Below, in pieces: positions 25,376 to 36,520 of a stretch of DNA of 64,000 bases. The stretch is from NCBI GenBank assembly GCA_964016885.1, contig OZ024744.1, positions 118,730,001 to 118,794,000 of the forward strand. Reading direction: 5' to 3'. Both the position numbers and the translations under genes were made by a program. Within the stretch, counting starts at the first letter, position 1. Each line of letters starts with the position of its first letter. Source of the DNA: Eledone cirrhosa (taxonomy: Eukaryota). The notes beneath the pieces are model-generated. The model was not told the origin of the DNA. It made no database searches and saw only the letters and a list, made by a program, of their open reading frames with translations.

Positions 25376-28300
25376 ATCATCATCATCATCATCATCATCA
25401 GGTTTAGCGTCCGTGTTCCACGCTTGCATGGGTTTGGACGGGGGTTTTCCCACTTGAGGCAAGAGTGGTTGTCTTGCTCGCATAGGACTGTCTGGCGGGT
25501 TTTCTACAGTTGGATGCCCTTCCTAACACCAACCACATTTACAGTGTGGGGCTGGGAGGTTTTTACCGTGTTGCCTACACGGCCACATTACAGCGTGGAC
25601 TGTCTGGCGGGTTTTCTACAGCTGGATGCCCTTCCTAACACCAACCACATTTACAGTGTGGGGCTGGGAGGTTTTTACCGTGTTGCCTACACGGCCACAT
25701 TTACAGCGTGGACTGTGTGTTTTTTGTCGTGACACCTACACGATCTCATTTGTTTCGGCCTGGATGTTGTGGGGCCAACATAACTTTACATTGAAAGGGG
25801 CGGTGTGGGTGGGGTGGAGGTGGAGGTGGTGGGACGGGGGTGTGTTTTGATAGAGGTGCCTACTGACTGTAGTAGGTTTTTACTTTGTATTTAGGTAAGG
25901 CGGGTCTTCTCTATTACTGAGTACCGCCAAAGGTCTCGGTCCAGTGACATTGTCTTGGAGAGGTGTAAGCGTGTGAGGTCGGAAATTATCAGCTCGTCCC
26001 ATGTTTTTCTGGGTCTGCCTACTCCGTGGCTACCGTCTATCTTTATTGCCCTGCACTTTGTTATACAGCTGTCGTCTTTCATGCGCATCACGTGACCGTA
26101 CCAACGTAGCCTTCTCTCGAGTAAACAACATCTGATCCCTCTTATTTCTAATTTTTTCCTTAGTTCGTTTATGCTTTGCCGTTCACGTATATTACTATTG
26201 CACATCCAGCGGAGCATGCAAGCTTCGTTCCTCTCTAGTCTGCGTATATCCTCTGCACACAATGCCCAGGTCTCACTGCCATGCAGCATTGCTGTTCGTA
26301 TGCAGGCATCGTATAACCTGCCTTTCATTTTTAGGGAGAACCCTCTAGCGGCTAATAGTGGTATAAGCTCTCTGAACTTTTTCCATCCAGTTCTGACTCT
26401 AGCTACTGTACTTTCAGAGCACCCTCCCCCACTGCTGATTTTGTCACCCAGATAACGGAAGCTATCCACTATTTCTATAGAACCCTCTGCGCAGTTGAAG
26501 GAGCTAGTATTTTGTGGGCACTTGCTGCTACTTATTGCACCAGAGCACCGGCCACATGTAAAATCTATGTTCTTAGTTAGCTTACCTGTGATCCCACTAC
26601 ATCTTTTATGCACCCATACTTTGCATTTGGGACATAAAATGGAGTTTCTACCTACGCCTTTCCTACACACTGAGCATGGCCATTTCCCCGATGGGACCGC
26701 CGCCTTATTTTCTTTCCTACAAACTAGAACTTTAGTCTTAGCCAGGTTAATTTTAAGGCCTTTTGATTCTAGGCCGTGCTTCCACGTTTGGAATTTCTTC
26801 TCTAGTTCGGTCATTGATTCAGCTATGAGCGTTAGATCATCTGCGTATAGGAGTTCCCATGGGCAGCCGGTCTTGAACTCCTCTGTTATAGCCTGAAGGG
26901 CAATAATAAATAGTAGGGGGCTAAGTACAGAGCCCTGATGGACACCAACTTTTACGCTAAACTCTTCACTATATTCGTTGTTAATTCTAACCTTACTGAC
27001 TGTTTCTTTATACATGGCTTGTATAGCTCTCACAAGCCATTCGTCAACACCTAGTTTTCTAAGAGACCACCAGATAATGGAACGGGGGACTCTGTCGAAG
27101 GCTTTCTCCAAGTCGACAAAAGCTAAGTATAGGGGTTTACTTTTAGCTAGGTACTTCTCCTGTAGTTGTCGTACAATGAAAAGAGCGTCTGTGGTACTTT
27201 TGCCTGACTCAAACCCGAACTGCATTTCATCTAGATCAATTCTCTCTCTGATTAGTTGCGCTATTACTTTTTCCGTGACCTTCATGACCTGGTCGATTAA
27301 TTTAATGCCTCTATAGTTACTCCTATCTAGGGCATCTCCTTTTCCCTTATAGCAGTTAACGATGATGCTGCTACGCCATTCCTTCGGAACAACCCCATTC
27401 TGTACGACTTGGTTAACTATCCGGGTGACCATGGTGTGTCCCACCGAACCAGATGCCTTCAGCATCTCAGCAACTATTTCCGAAGGCCCAGCCGCCTTAC
27501 CCGTCTTCATATCTTTGATTGCCTTACTTATTATACTACCTTCAACTAACACTGCTGGTCCCTCTATTGGATCGATCTGGGGAAGACTATCTTTCTCCCA
27601 TTTGTTCTCCTCATTTAGAAGCCTTTCGTAGTGACACTTCCAAGCTACCTTCTTATCAGCGTCGGTGATGGCAAGTATGCCATCATCGTTAAGTACACAC
27701 TTCTCCCCGACAATATCACGGTTTTCCTTGACACATTGCCTGGCAATCCTGAACACCTCACGTTTTTGGTCCTCACGTTGTAGAACATGCTTGAACTTTC
27801 TTTCCTCTGCTTCCCTTCTTGCGAAGTACACTTGTCTCCTAGCTTCCCTCCTGGCCACTTGATAGTCTTCTCTACTTCCCCCATCCCGCCATACTTTCCA
27901 AGCCTGCTTTTTGGCCTTAATTGACTCCTCCACCTTACTGTTCCACCACCATGTTACTCTCCTCCTACCTACAGGCCTGCTCCAGCCACAGACTTCGTCT
28001 GCCGCCGTCAGCAGGTTTGCTCTCAGGAATTCCCACTGTTCCTCTATATTATACGACTCTAATTGCTCTTCCTTACTGTCGAAAGCGTCAAGTAATTTGC
28101 TTTGAAATTTATTTCTGGCTATGGGGTCCTTTAGCTTCCATATTTTTCTCCTGAGGATAGTCCTCTTTCGCTGTCTAGTACGTCTCGTCCTGACTATGAG
28201 GTCGCTAATTATCAGTCTATGTTGGGAGGTGAATTCTTCATGGGGGTGGGATTTAGTGTTAACAACAGACACTCTGTCACGTCTTCTGGTAAGGATATAA

Positions 28301-29176
28301 TCTACCTGGCTTGTGTGTTCCCCCGACCTATAGGTGATCAAGTGATTGTCTCGTTTTTTGAAGTTAGTGTTACAGATAGTTAAGTTATTTGCGTCGCAGA
28401 ATTCCAGGATTCTGGAGCCTTCCTCATTTCTAGTACCGAACCCATAGCCTCCATGGATTCCGTCATAGCCGTCACAATGTTGTCCAACGTGACCATTTAG
28501 ATCGCCTGCAATAACTATATAGTCACTGTCGGTTATTTGGGAGGTAGCGAGCATCAGTGTCTCGTAGAATCTGTCTTTTATAGCGCGGGGCTGTCCGGAT
28601 TGGGGTGCGTACGCAGATATTACTGTCACCGTAGTTTTATTGTGGACAAGTCTTATTTTAATTATTCTGTCGTTCACTCTATTTACGTCTATTATCTTAT
28701 CTGCCCACTTTTCTGCTACCATGATTCCTACCCCACCCAACCCATTGTCATTTCCCACCCAGAAAAGCTTATAGCATCGCTCTTTACCCACGATGAATCT
28801 AGCCGACCCTCCCCTCCACCTGGTCTCTTGAATACAACAAACATCGACCTCCTTACGTTCAAGCATTTCTACAACCTCGTTCGAGCGACCCTTTAAGGTG
28901 CCTACATTCATGGTACCAACTCTGAAGTTTTGGATTGCGTTTGGAGGGTGGGAGCGGTGGGGCGCGGGGGGGGATGGGGTTATATTAGCCATCCTGGGCC
29001 GAAACAAGGAGGAGTGCTTGCATTCTCGTCCACGAGGTGAATTTGGCTTTATCTTTGGCATTGTCGCTGAGCGTCCACATTTTTCTCTCTTCAACTCTCC
29101 AGAATTCCGTAGTCCATCCATCATATCGAAAAGCAACCAGTTAAGCGATAGTATGGGCCTCTGACTTATGATTGGT
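25376..29176 (-). mobile_element. Near-full-length RTE-clade LINE (subfamily A) with uninterrupted ORF
   Basis: Single ORF, about 500-nt 3'UTR, (ATG)n tail at about 25376-25400; the 5' end abuts (TA)n. Confidence 0.96.
25891..29136 (-). CDS. LINE ORF: APE endonuclease, reverse transcriptase with internal PHD-like finger, RTE C-terminus (1081 aa)
   Basis: APE motifs GTMNVGTL, CIQETRW, SAYAPQ, IAGDLNGHVG, SQVDYIL and SQHRL. RT motifs YRGIKL, QFGF, FVDLEKAFD, QGSVLSP, YADD and FRYLG. C-terminal RRLRWYGHVMR and GRPRKTW. The start codon is uncertain (TTG in the track; the first ATG is a few codons later). Confidence 0.95.
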   Translation of the reverse strand: MLFDMMDGLRNSGELKREKCGRSATMPKIKPNSPRGRECKHSSLFRPRMANITPSPPAPHRSHPPNAIQNFRVGTMNVGTLKGRSNEVVEMLERKEVDVCCIQETRWRGGSARFIVGKERCYKLFWVGNDNGLGGVGIMVAEKWADKIIDVNRVNDRIIKIRLVHNKTTVTVISAYAPQSGQPRAIKDRFYETLMLATSQITDSDYIVIAGDLNGHVGQHCDGYDGIHGGYGFGTRNEEGSRILEFCDANNLTICNTNFKKRDNHLITYRSGEHTSQVDYILTRRRDRVSVVNTKSHPHEEFTSQHRLIISDLIVRTRRTRQRKRTILRRKIWKLKDPIARNKFQSKLLDAFDSKEEQLESYNIEEQWEFLRANLLTAADEVCGWSRPVGRRRVTWWWNSKVEESIKAKKQAWKVWRDGGSREDYQVARREARRQVYFARREAEERKFKHVLQREDQKREVFRIARQCVKENRDIVGEKCVLNDDGILAITDADKKVAWKCHYERLLNEENKWEKDSLPQIDPIEGPAVLVEGSIISKAIKDMKTGKAAGPSEIVAEMLKASGSVGHTMVTRIVNQVVQNGVVPKEWRSSIIVNCYKGKGDALDRSNYRGIKLIDQVMKVTEKVIAQLIRERIDLDEMQFGFESGKSTTDALFIVRQLQEKYLAKSKPLYLAFVDLEKAFDRVPRSIIWWSLRKLGVDEWLVRAIQAMYKETVSKVRINNEYSEEFSVKVGVHQGSVLSPLLFIIALQAITEEFKTGCPWELLYADDLTLIAESMTELEKKFQTWKHGLESKGLKINLAKTKVLVCRKENKAAVPSGKWPCSVCRKGVGRNSILCPKCKVWVHKRCSGITGKLTKNIDFTCGRCSGAISSSKCPQNTSSFNCAEGSIEIVDSFRYLGDKISSGGGCSESTVARVRTGWKKFRELIPLLAARGFSLKMKGRLYDACIRTAMLHGSETWALCAEDIRRLERNEACMLRWMCNSNIRERQSINELRKKLEIRGIRCCLLERRLRWYGHVMRMKDDSCITKCRAIKIDGSHGVGRPRKTWDELIISDLTRLHLSKTMSLDRDLWRYSVIEKTRLT

Positions 29177-29830
29177 TATATATATATATACTTGTGGGTA
29201 GGCGTGTGTGCATGTAAGGGTCTCTATATATTGTGTGCAAACATACATGTGAGTGCACCTATATATGCATGAGTGCAAGTGTATATATACGGGTATGTCT
29301 TGGACATTTATGGTATGATGTCTATTGCAGTCATTGTTGTTTCATAGTATTAGTAGAGACAATCATCACTGCCTCCACTCTTACTGTTATTACAGCCAAT
29401 CACACACGTGCATCAGCTGAAGTTTGTCTACTGTCACCTGTGTGTACGTGTGTTAGTATAGGAGTGTGTGCTTGTATATGTATTTGTGTGAATGTATGTG
29501 TATGTATGCACATTTATGTGCAAGAGTATGTGTATATGTTAGTAATTGTATATATATATATATATAAGTATATTATGTGTGTGAGCATGTGTATCATTAT
29601 TATCATTGTGATTAGTGTGTGTATATGTTGTATGCGAACATAAAGGTGAGTACATATGTATGTGTGCATACGAGTGCACATCTGCAAGTATGGCTATGTG
29701 TATGTATATATATTTTGGAGTTCTTGGATTAAAGTGAATCTATTCATCTATGTAATGCGTATATATGTGTGCATGCATTATGTATTTTTGTTTATAGTCA
29801 AGTTCTTGTGGCTTGTATGTGTGTTTGTAT
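29177..29830. repeat. Degenerate TG/TA-rich low-complexity tract
   Basis: Alternating purine-pyrimidine repeats; the ORFs here are C/V/Y/I/M artefacts. Confidence 0.8.
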
Positions 29831-30595
29831 GTTCACCAGTGAAAATACCCAATCATCAAAACTCATTTCAGAAACTCTAACCCCCCCCCCCCTATCACGG
29901 GTCATCCTTTTACATCCAATTGATGATTCTTTACAGTTATGACCAACATCTGAGATCAAACCTACCTGACCTGATTGACATAATTATACACATCTTACAG
30001 ACAGAATTACCTTCTTTCTTTCTTCTCCCCACCCCCTTCCACCCATGCCACCTTTTTTTCTTTCCGTTACTTACCTTCCCTCTCAGTCTTCTCATTTTCT
30101 TTATATGCTCAAAATATGTAGACTCATAATATTTATTGTGCAAAAAAGATATATTGCTTATAACTTTATATGCTCAAAATATAATTATATGGACTTTCAC
30201 TTTAAATATATTTATTCACTTATCTACTGTAATTGCTTTGATGTTGTATACAAATAAGTAGTAGAGTTTAATTTGAAATGTATACATATATATGTATACA
30301 TATAATATTTATTGTGCAAAAAAGATATATTGCTTATAACTTTATATTTATATAATCCATGCTTATTTGTTTGAGTGCCCAAATAAATAATTTCAGTAAT
30401 TATACTCATGGTAAGTACTATTTGGTGCGGGTTTTTTTTAACGTAAACAAAAAATTACCCTGATATGTTTTATCTTGTGTTTGGCTTATTTTTCAATGTA
30501 TATATATATCCATATATGGTTGACAGATGAGAAAAAAGAGTGCTCAATACTGAAGTAGAGTTTTAATATTCATTATATTAAGGCTAAATAGTGAG

Positions 30596-30645
30596 TCTTG
30601 CTACTCTGGTGTTTCACCTGTTTATCACAGGGTCATCAGACAAGA
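30596..30645 (-). ncRNA. Mirror-image minimal hammerhead ribozyme motif on the minus strand
   Basis: Same motif in the left palindrome arm; stem I is TCTTGT/GCAAGA with one G-U pair. Confidence 0.72.
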
Positions 30646-30650
30646 ACTGT

Positions 30651-30700
30651 TCTTGTCTGATGACCCTGTGATAAACAGGTGAAACACCAGAGTAACAAGA
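30651..30700 (+). ncRNA. Minimal type I hammerhead ribozyme motif (Penelope-like)
   Basis: TCTTGT [stem I] CTGATGA C-CCTGT-GATAA-ACAGG-T [stem II] GAAAC ACCAGA GTA [2-bp stem III, GUA cleavage triplet] ACAAGA [stem I]. Confidence 0.75.
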
Positions 30701-33700
30701 CTCACTATTTAGCCTTAATATAATGAATAGTATATATATATATAATGAATATTATATATATATATAATGAATATTATATATATATGTATATATATAATAT
30801 TCATTTAATCACACATGTGCACGCACATACAGACACACACAAATATATATATATAAAAGAAAAAAAAAAGCCTGAGTTTTTAAATCTATGATCTTTAATT
30901 TAAAATTTCAGGATATGAACTGACATTTGTCAGATTTGAAATGCTCATATGATATCATACGGTACAATATGATATAAGTAAAACTGTGAAATGCTCATAT
31001 ATATATATGATGTAAGGAGGAAATCTCTACAAAATACTAGAAGTGTACAGAAGAAAAGGACTAAAGACTACATAGTGCTTTTCAACAAATTTCAGGGAAA
31101 TGTAAATCCCCCTACAGCCAACAAATGTAAAGCTAATTTAATCAATGCTTTGCTTGAAATGCATTATAATAGCTTACTGTGATTCTTCATATATTGCATG
31201 TCTTGAAAACAACTATTGACATCTAGAGAGAAAGTCAAAGACAGAATGAGGAGAGTCTGGAATTGTGAACAATAGTAGTAGGTTTCTTGTTTTCTCAACA
31301 ATAATAGGTCAATAAATTATTCATTTAAAACAGAAAACATCTGACTTAATGAATTAGAAACTTGAGATGGATATTTATTTGATGTACGTATAGTAATAAC
31401 AATATCTCTTTAGAAATATTTTAAAATAAACTTTAGTTCTTTTTTATATCCATATTGTGATCCTTTAACAAACATAATTTAATTGTTTCTACTTGAGGCA
31501 CAAGGCCAGCAAACATAATTTAATGTCAGCATATAGCACTCATACATACAAAGTTTTTTTAAATATTAAAAGTAGCTTTCTCTACTCATGTTTCTGTCAG
31601 AGCTAATCCCAAAACAAACTTCTTTTATTGCTATACAAGTGTTTACTATTCTTTTATATGCCATTCTCAATAGGAATCTACAAAGATCTCCAATTGTCAG
31701 GTAACCTACAGCACTGTTTGTTTTGATGGAATTAAACCTGTGTACAGATTAATCTAGCTTCTTTCTTTCTCTCTCCCGCTCTTCATCATCAACATCATCG
31801 TTTTAATGTCCACTTTCCCTGCTAGCAAAGTTTAGACAGGTCTACATAGACCAAGTCAGTACTGAAGTGGTGGCCACTGATCTCCCAGACAAGCCAGGGA
31901 TCTGTTGTCTCATGTTCTACCAAGTTCATAGAGGAGACAGTCATGTCTTTGATACAACTGAAGGGGTCCTCTCGACCCTTTGTTTGGCAACATTTTTATG
32001 GATGGATGCCCTTCCTATCACCAACCACTTTACAGCATGCACTGAGTGTGTTTGTCATGTAGATCACCAGCATTAGGGAGGCTGATAAGCCTTGACACAA
32101 CTGAAGGGTGCTCCCAACCCTTTGTTTGTTAAGCCCTCCACGGCTGGATGCCCTTCCCATTACCAACTACTTCACAAGGAGGAGGGCAGCAGCTAGGAAC
32201 ATCTGTGGAGAAGGGGGTATGAGGTGTGTGCACCAACTGGGTATAGTGGTGTTCAGGATAGCTGTTAGTGAGCTGTGGTGGAAAGGGGGAGGGGGGAGGG
32301 GCGACGGCAAGCCACATTGTATGTTGCAGGTCGAGTTTTCTTCAGCACCACATAATGCCAACCCTCACAATATCTTACTTTCACTAAAAGTGTAGTATAC
32401 CCTATAATATGGGAACATAGCATCTCAACTGTCAGGTTTAAATGATAGCAAAGTGTTTGGAATTAAACTATATCATCTTGTAGATATACTATCTAGTTTT
32501 CTATGTGTGGAGACATCCAGTCCATGGGTTAAAGTGTCAAGCATCACTAAACATTTATATTTTGATGAAGTGATTGCTTTATAAACAGACACTCTTCTTA
32601 CTATTAAAATTACTCAAAGAGATGACTACATTCCTTTCTTGGCAATATCACATGGAAATAGGTGAATTTGAAGGTTTCGTGAAAATACAAAAGAGATTCT
32701 GATAAATATTGGATGAAAATAAAATGTTACATCGCTGGACAAATTTTACGGGCAAAACCAACCAGCAGGAGACCCAGGGGTAGATCCCAAACAAGATGGT
32801 TGGATAACATCCATGAGCTTGGCTGGTCTCGCTTGGGGATCCAGCAGGATCAGTTGGAGAGAGTTACTTCTGACAGGAGTGTTTGAGGACTCTGCCCCCA
32901 CGACCTTCTCAGGAATAAGTGAGAGAAGATATCTATGGTTGGTTACACAACTTATATATACAATCATAATTGAAATAATGAACCTCAAAATATATTTACA
33001 GAGATTGGAGAAAAAAAGGTTTACATATCTGTGTTTATCAGTAGCATGGATTGATTAGAAATAATCAGAAAGAAAAAAATCAGCTTTTCATCAATATTCT
33101 TATGATTACAATTAGTATATTAAAATAGATACTTTGAATATTCTTAATTTAATACTGAATAGTTGAGATCTATGGCTAGTATAAAAATATAAAACTATTG
33201 TTTATTTAATATTAATGTTAATGTATATATTAGCAGGGAGTTGTTAGAATGTCACATAAAATGCTTTGTGATATTTGTTTCGGCTTTCTGCTCTTTCAGT
33301 TCAAATCCTACAGTGGTCAATTTTGCCTTTCATGCATTCTAGTACTGGGGTAGATTCTTCCTCTATATCTCTTTCCATTCTCTGGAAGAAATCTACTGGA
33401 GAGGGATGGGCTTTGCTAGGTTTAAAAATTGCCCTAGAAATGCCAATGTCGATATAGCACCCCTCTGACTCCTCCAAGAGTGGCATAAACATGCAAAACA
33501 ATATTCTAAAAATTGTAGACTGATTAGCATCAGACAGGACAACTGTATGTAAAATCATCTTAAAATAAAAACACTCATATATCTATTGTGAAATGAAAAC
33601 CAATTTATAAAGTCATCTTAGCTTTATAACTTTGTAACACTGTAAACACCCCCTCCCCTCAAAAAGACATTTCAAATGGAAGAAGGCACTTAACTTTGAT

Positions 33701-35507
33701 AGGCTTTGGCCAGTATTGGCCCAGACCATGTCTAGCCTTATAGCACCACACTGCCTATGGTTTTTGAAACATTTTGAAAATAATTAAGAATTCGGAAGTA
33801 TTTACTAACTTTCTCAGTATTAAGTAGATGTCTTGAACATAACTTATCAAAGGTTCTTAACATGAAATTATGAGGTTTGCAGATAATTATAAACATTATA
33901 ATATATACAACTCTGTATTGTGGTATCATGGGCAGTTTTAGGATGGATTAAAATTTATAATAATAATATATATATGTATAAAATATATTTTATGTTAAAA
34001 GTTCACATTAAGTTACTTGTAATATAATAAAGCTGCATTCAAGAAACCATAATTACTTAAAATCTAATTACTATGTACAAAAAAAAAAGAAAAAATATGT
34101 TCATCTTATGGTTTGAGATAGACAAAACAATAATAAAAATCGAAAATTTCTTGGAAATTTTGATTCTTTGAAAAGGCCACAGATTTTCTCCTATCTCTGA
34201 CATAGACCAATAATTTACATAAAATTACTAGGGTTTCAATTGAGTATGTTTAGGCTCATGTGAAAATGCATAGCTGAAATAAAATAAAAAAAGATAATAT
34301 TTTGTAATTGATAGACTCTCTTATGATTACAGCTGATTGTTTTGACAACACAGGTCATACATCATTTTGAATGAACTTTAGGTTAGAAAATTCTAAATAT
34401 TATACTTTCTCATAGGAACTTGCAGGTTTACTAACATCATGCTAGATATCCTGATGAACAGAACCCATTAACTTGTACATTCTAAACAATTCCCACACCT
34501 ACTCTCAAGTCTTGAACAATGTCCCCTCCCACCAATTTAATTTTGCTAATCTACCCCTGGCCAAATTTTATGTTAAGTGGTATCATTTCTGTGACAATTA
34601 ATTTTCTTTAGACACTAAAAACATTATACATGACAAAAACAGTACATTACTAGAAATCCCATATGGTATAAAATAAATAGGATGGGTTGGGGTCTCAATA
34701 TGTTTACCAATTTTCCAAACCTCTCCTATTAGTGGGGACCCGAGAGTACATTCCAACTGAGTTTTATTTAAAATTAGCATCAGTTTTTTTGGGGGGGGGG
34801 AGGGGGGGGGGGAGGAGAAATACTGTGATTGGATAAGACTTTTTAGAGTCAGTTTTTTTGACAGCCAGATGCCCTCCCTGACAACTAGCTACTAGAAAGG
34901 TTATAATATATTATATACTGCTGTCTTCTGTTGACTAAGTTGTCGGGTGATTTGTTTTCATGAGACACAAACAAATATCAATGCTAGTTTTAAATGGTGT
35001 CTATACGAAGACACAAACACATACACACACATTACAGGCTTCCTCAGTTTCCATCTATATAATTCACTCAAAAGGCTTTGGTTGACCAGAGGCTATCGTA
35101 GCAGTAACTAACTTGCCCAAGGTTACATGGAGTGGCATTGAACCAGAAACCATGTGATTGCGAAGCAGATTTTCTAAATACCCACCTATGCCTGCACCTA
35201 CTACAAATATGACAGAATTCTTGTTAAATAGTTATTACTATAACCTGAAGATTCTAAAGAATCCCCATGAAATCATACAACTGGAGTTACCAAAACAACA
35301 AATGAGTTCTATCTGTAAAATAACCAATTCCTTCTTAGTTATTCAATCATCATTATCATCACACTTTAATGTCCCTTTTTTTATGCTAGCATGGGTCAGA
35401 CGAGTTGTCCTGAAGTTGTGAGACAAGCCAGATCAGATGACTATGTCTTGCTTATACAGGACTGATTTTGGTTTGGTTTCTAGTTGGATGCCCTTCTTAA
35501 CACCAAC

Positions 35508-36157
35508 AACTTTACAGTGTGCACTGGATGCTTTTTGCTGTGACACCTACACGACCACTTTACAGTGTGTACTGGGTACCTGTTGTCATGACACCTACAT
35601 GGCCACTTTACAGTGTGGACTGGGTACTTTTTGGTGTGACACCTACACTACCACTTTACAGTGTGGACTGGGTTCCTGTTGTCATGACACCTACATGGCC
35701 ACTTTACAGTGTGGACTGGGTACCTGTTGTCATGACACCTACATGACCACTTTACAGTGTGAACTGGGTGCTTTTTGTCATGACACCTACATGGCCACTT
35801 TACATAGTGGACTGGGTACCTTTTGTCATGACACCTACATGACCACTTTACAGTGTGTACTGGGTACTTTTGTTGTGACACCTACATGACCACTTTACAG
35901 TGTGGACTGAGTACTTTTTGTCATGACACCTACATGACCACTTTACAGTGTGTACTGGGTACTTTTTGTTGTGACACCTACATGACTACTTTACAGTGTG
36001 TACTGGGTACTTTTTGTCATGACACCTACATGACCACTTTACAGTGTGTACTGGGTACTTTTTGTTGTGACACCTACATGACCATTTTACAGTATGTACT
36101 GAGTACTTTTAGTTGTGACACCTACATGACCACTTTACAGTGTGGACTGGGTACTTT
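35508..36157 (-). repeat. 48-bp minisatellite (about 13 units) inside an RTE-3'UTR-derived element starting near 35345
   Basis: Plus-strand unit GACACCTACATGACCACTTTACAGTGTGTACTGGGTACTTTTTGTTGT, the reverse complement of the 7277-7580 unit; preceded by GGATGCCCTTCTTAACACCAAC. Confidence 0.93.
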
Positions 36158-36362
36158 TATTTATTTTGATGGCCTCATAAGATGGTCTTAATATGGAGTG
36201 GTTACTATTTAACATAGAGTAGTTCGTAATGCAAACTAAATAGTTTCTATAACAGAAAGATAACTATTTTTGAAATATAAATAGGTGTTTAGATGTAAAT
36301 TTAAAATGATTATTACAAGAAAAGTTCTATACTTACTATTCATTGCAAAATAAGGCACTTAC

Positions 36363-36520
36363 CTCTATACAATTATTACAAACACTACAATGAGAGCACC
36401 TGGGTGGTCTATAAAACTGACATGTGGTACACCATTTCATTCGCATAGTAATACCTTTAATTTCGACATTTTTGTACAGTGGAGCTCTGAAGTCATCATC
36501 CCGAAACTCATCTTCATGAG
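36363..36520 (-). CDS. ZDHHC8: ZDHHC5/8-like exon (158 nt), start of the DHHC cysteine-rich domain
   Basis: Not in the ORF track. AG acceptor and GTAAGT donor. Translates (A)[52 protein letters not shown]; DDFRAPLYK and MKWC are characteristic of ZDHHC5/8. Confidence 0.96.

Larger units (their letters stand above)
30567..30729. repeat. Near-perfect palindrome, 81-bp arms around one central base (30648)
   Basis: 30567-30647 is the reverse complement of 30649-30729, with one mismatch seen. Confidence 0.95.

Noticed and set aside
29233-29880. Cys/Val/Tyr-rich ORFs
   Set aside because: Low-complexity TG/TA repeat translations.
35508-36157. CRISPR-like array or Cys-rich 16-aa repeat protein (DTYMTTLQCVLGTFCC)n
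   Set aside because: Units are contiguous with no unique spacers and there are no cas genes in this eukaryotic DNA. The ORFs are a by-product of a 48-bp (multiple of 3) unit derived from a LINE UTR.
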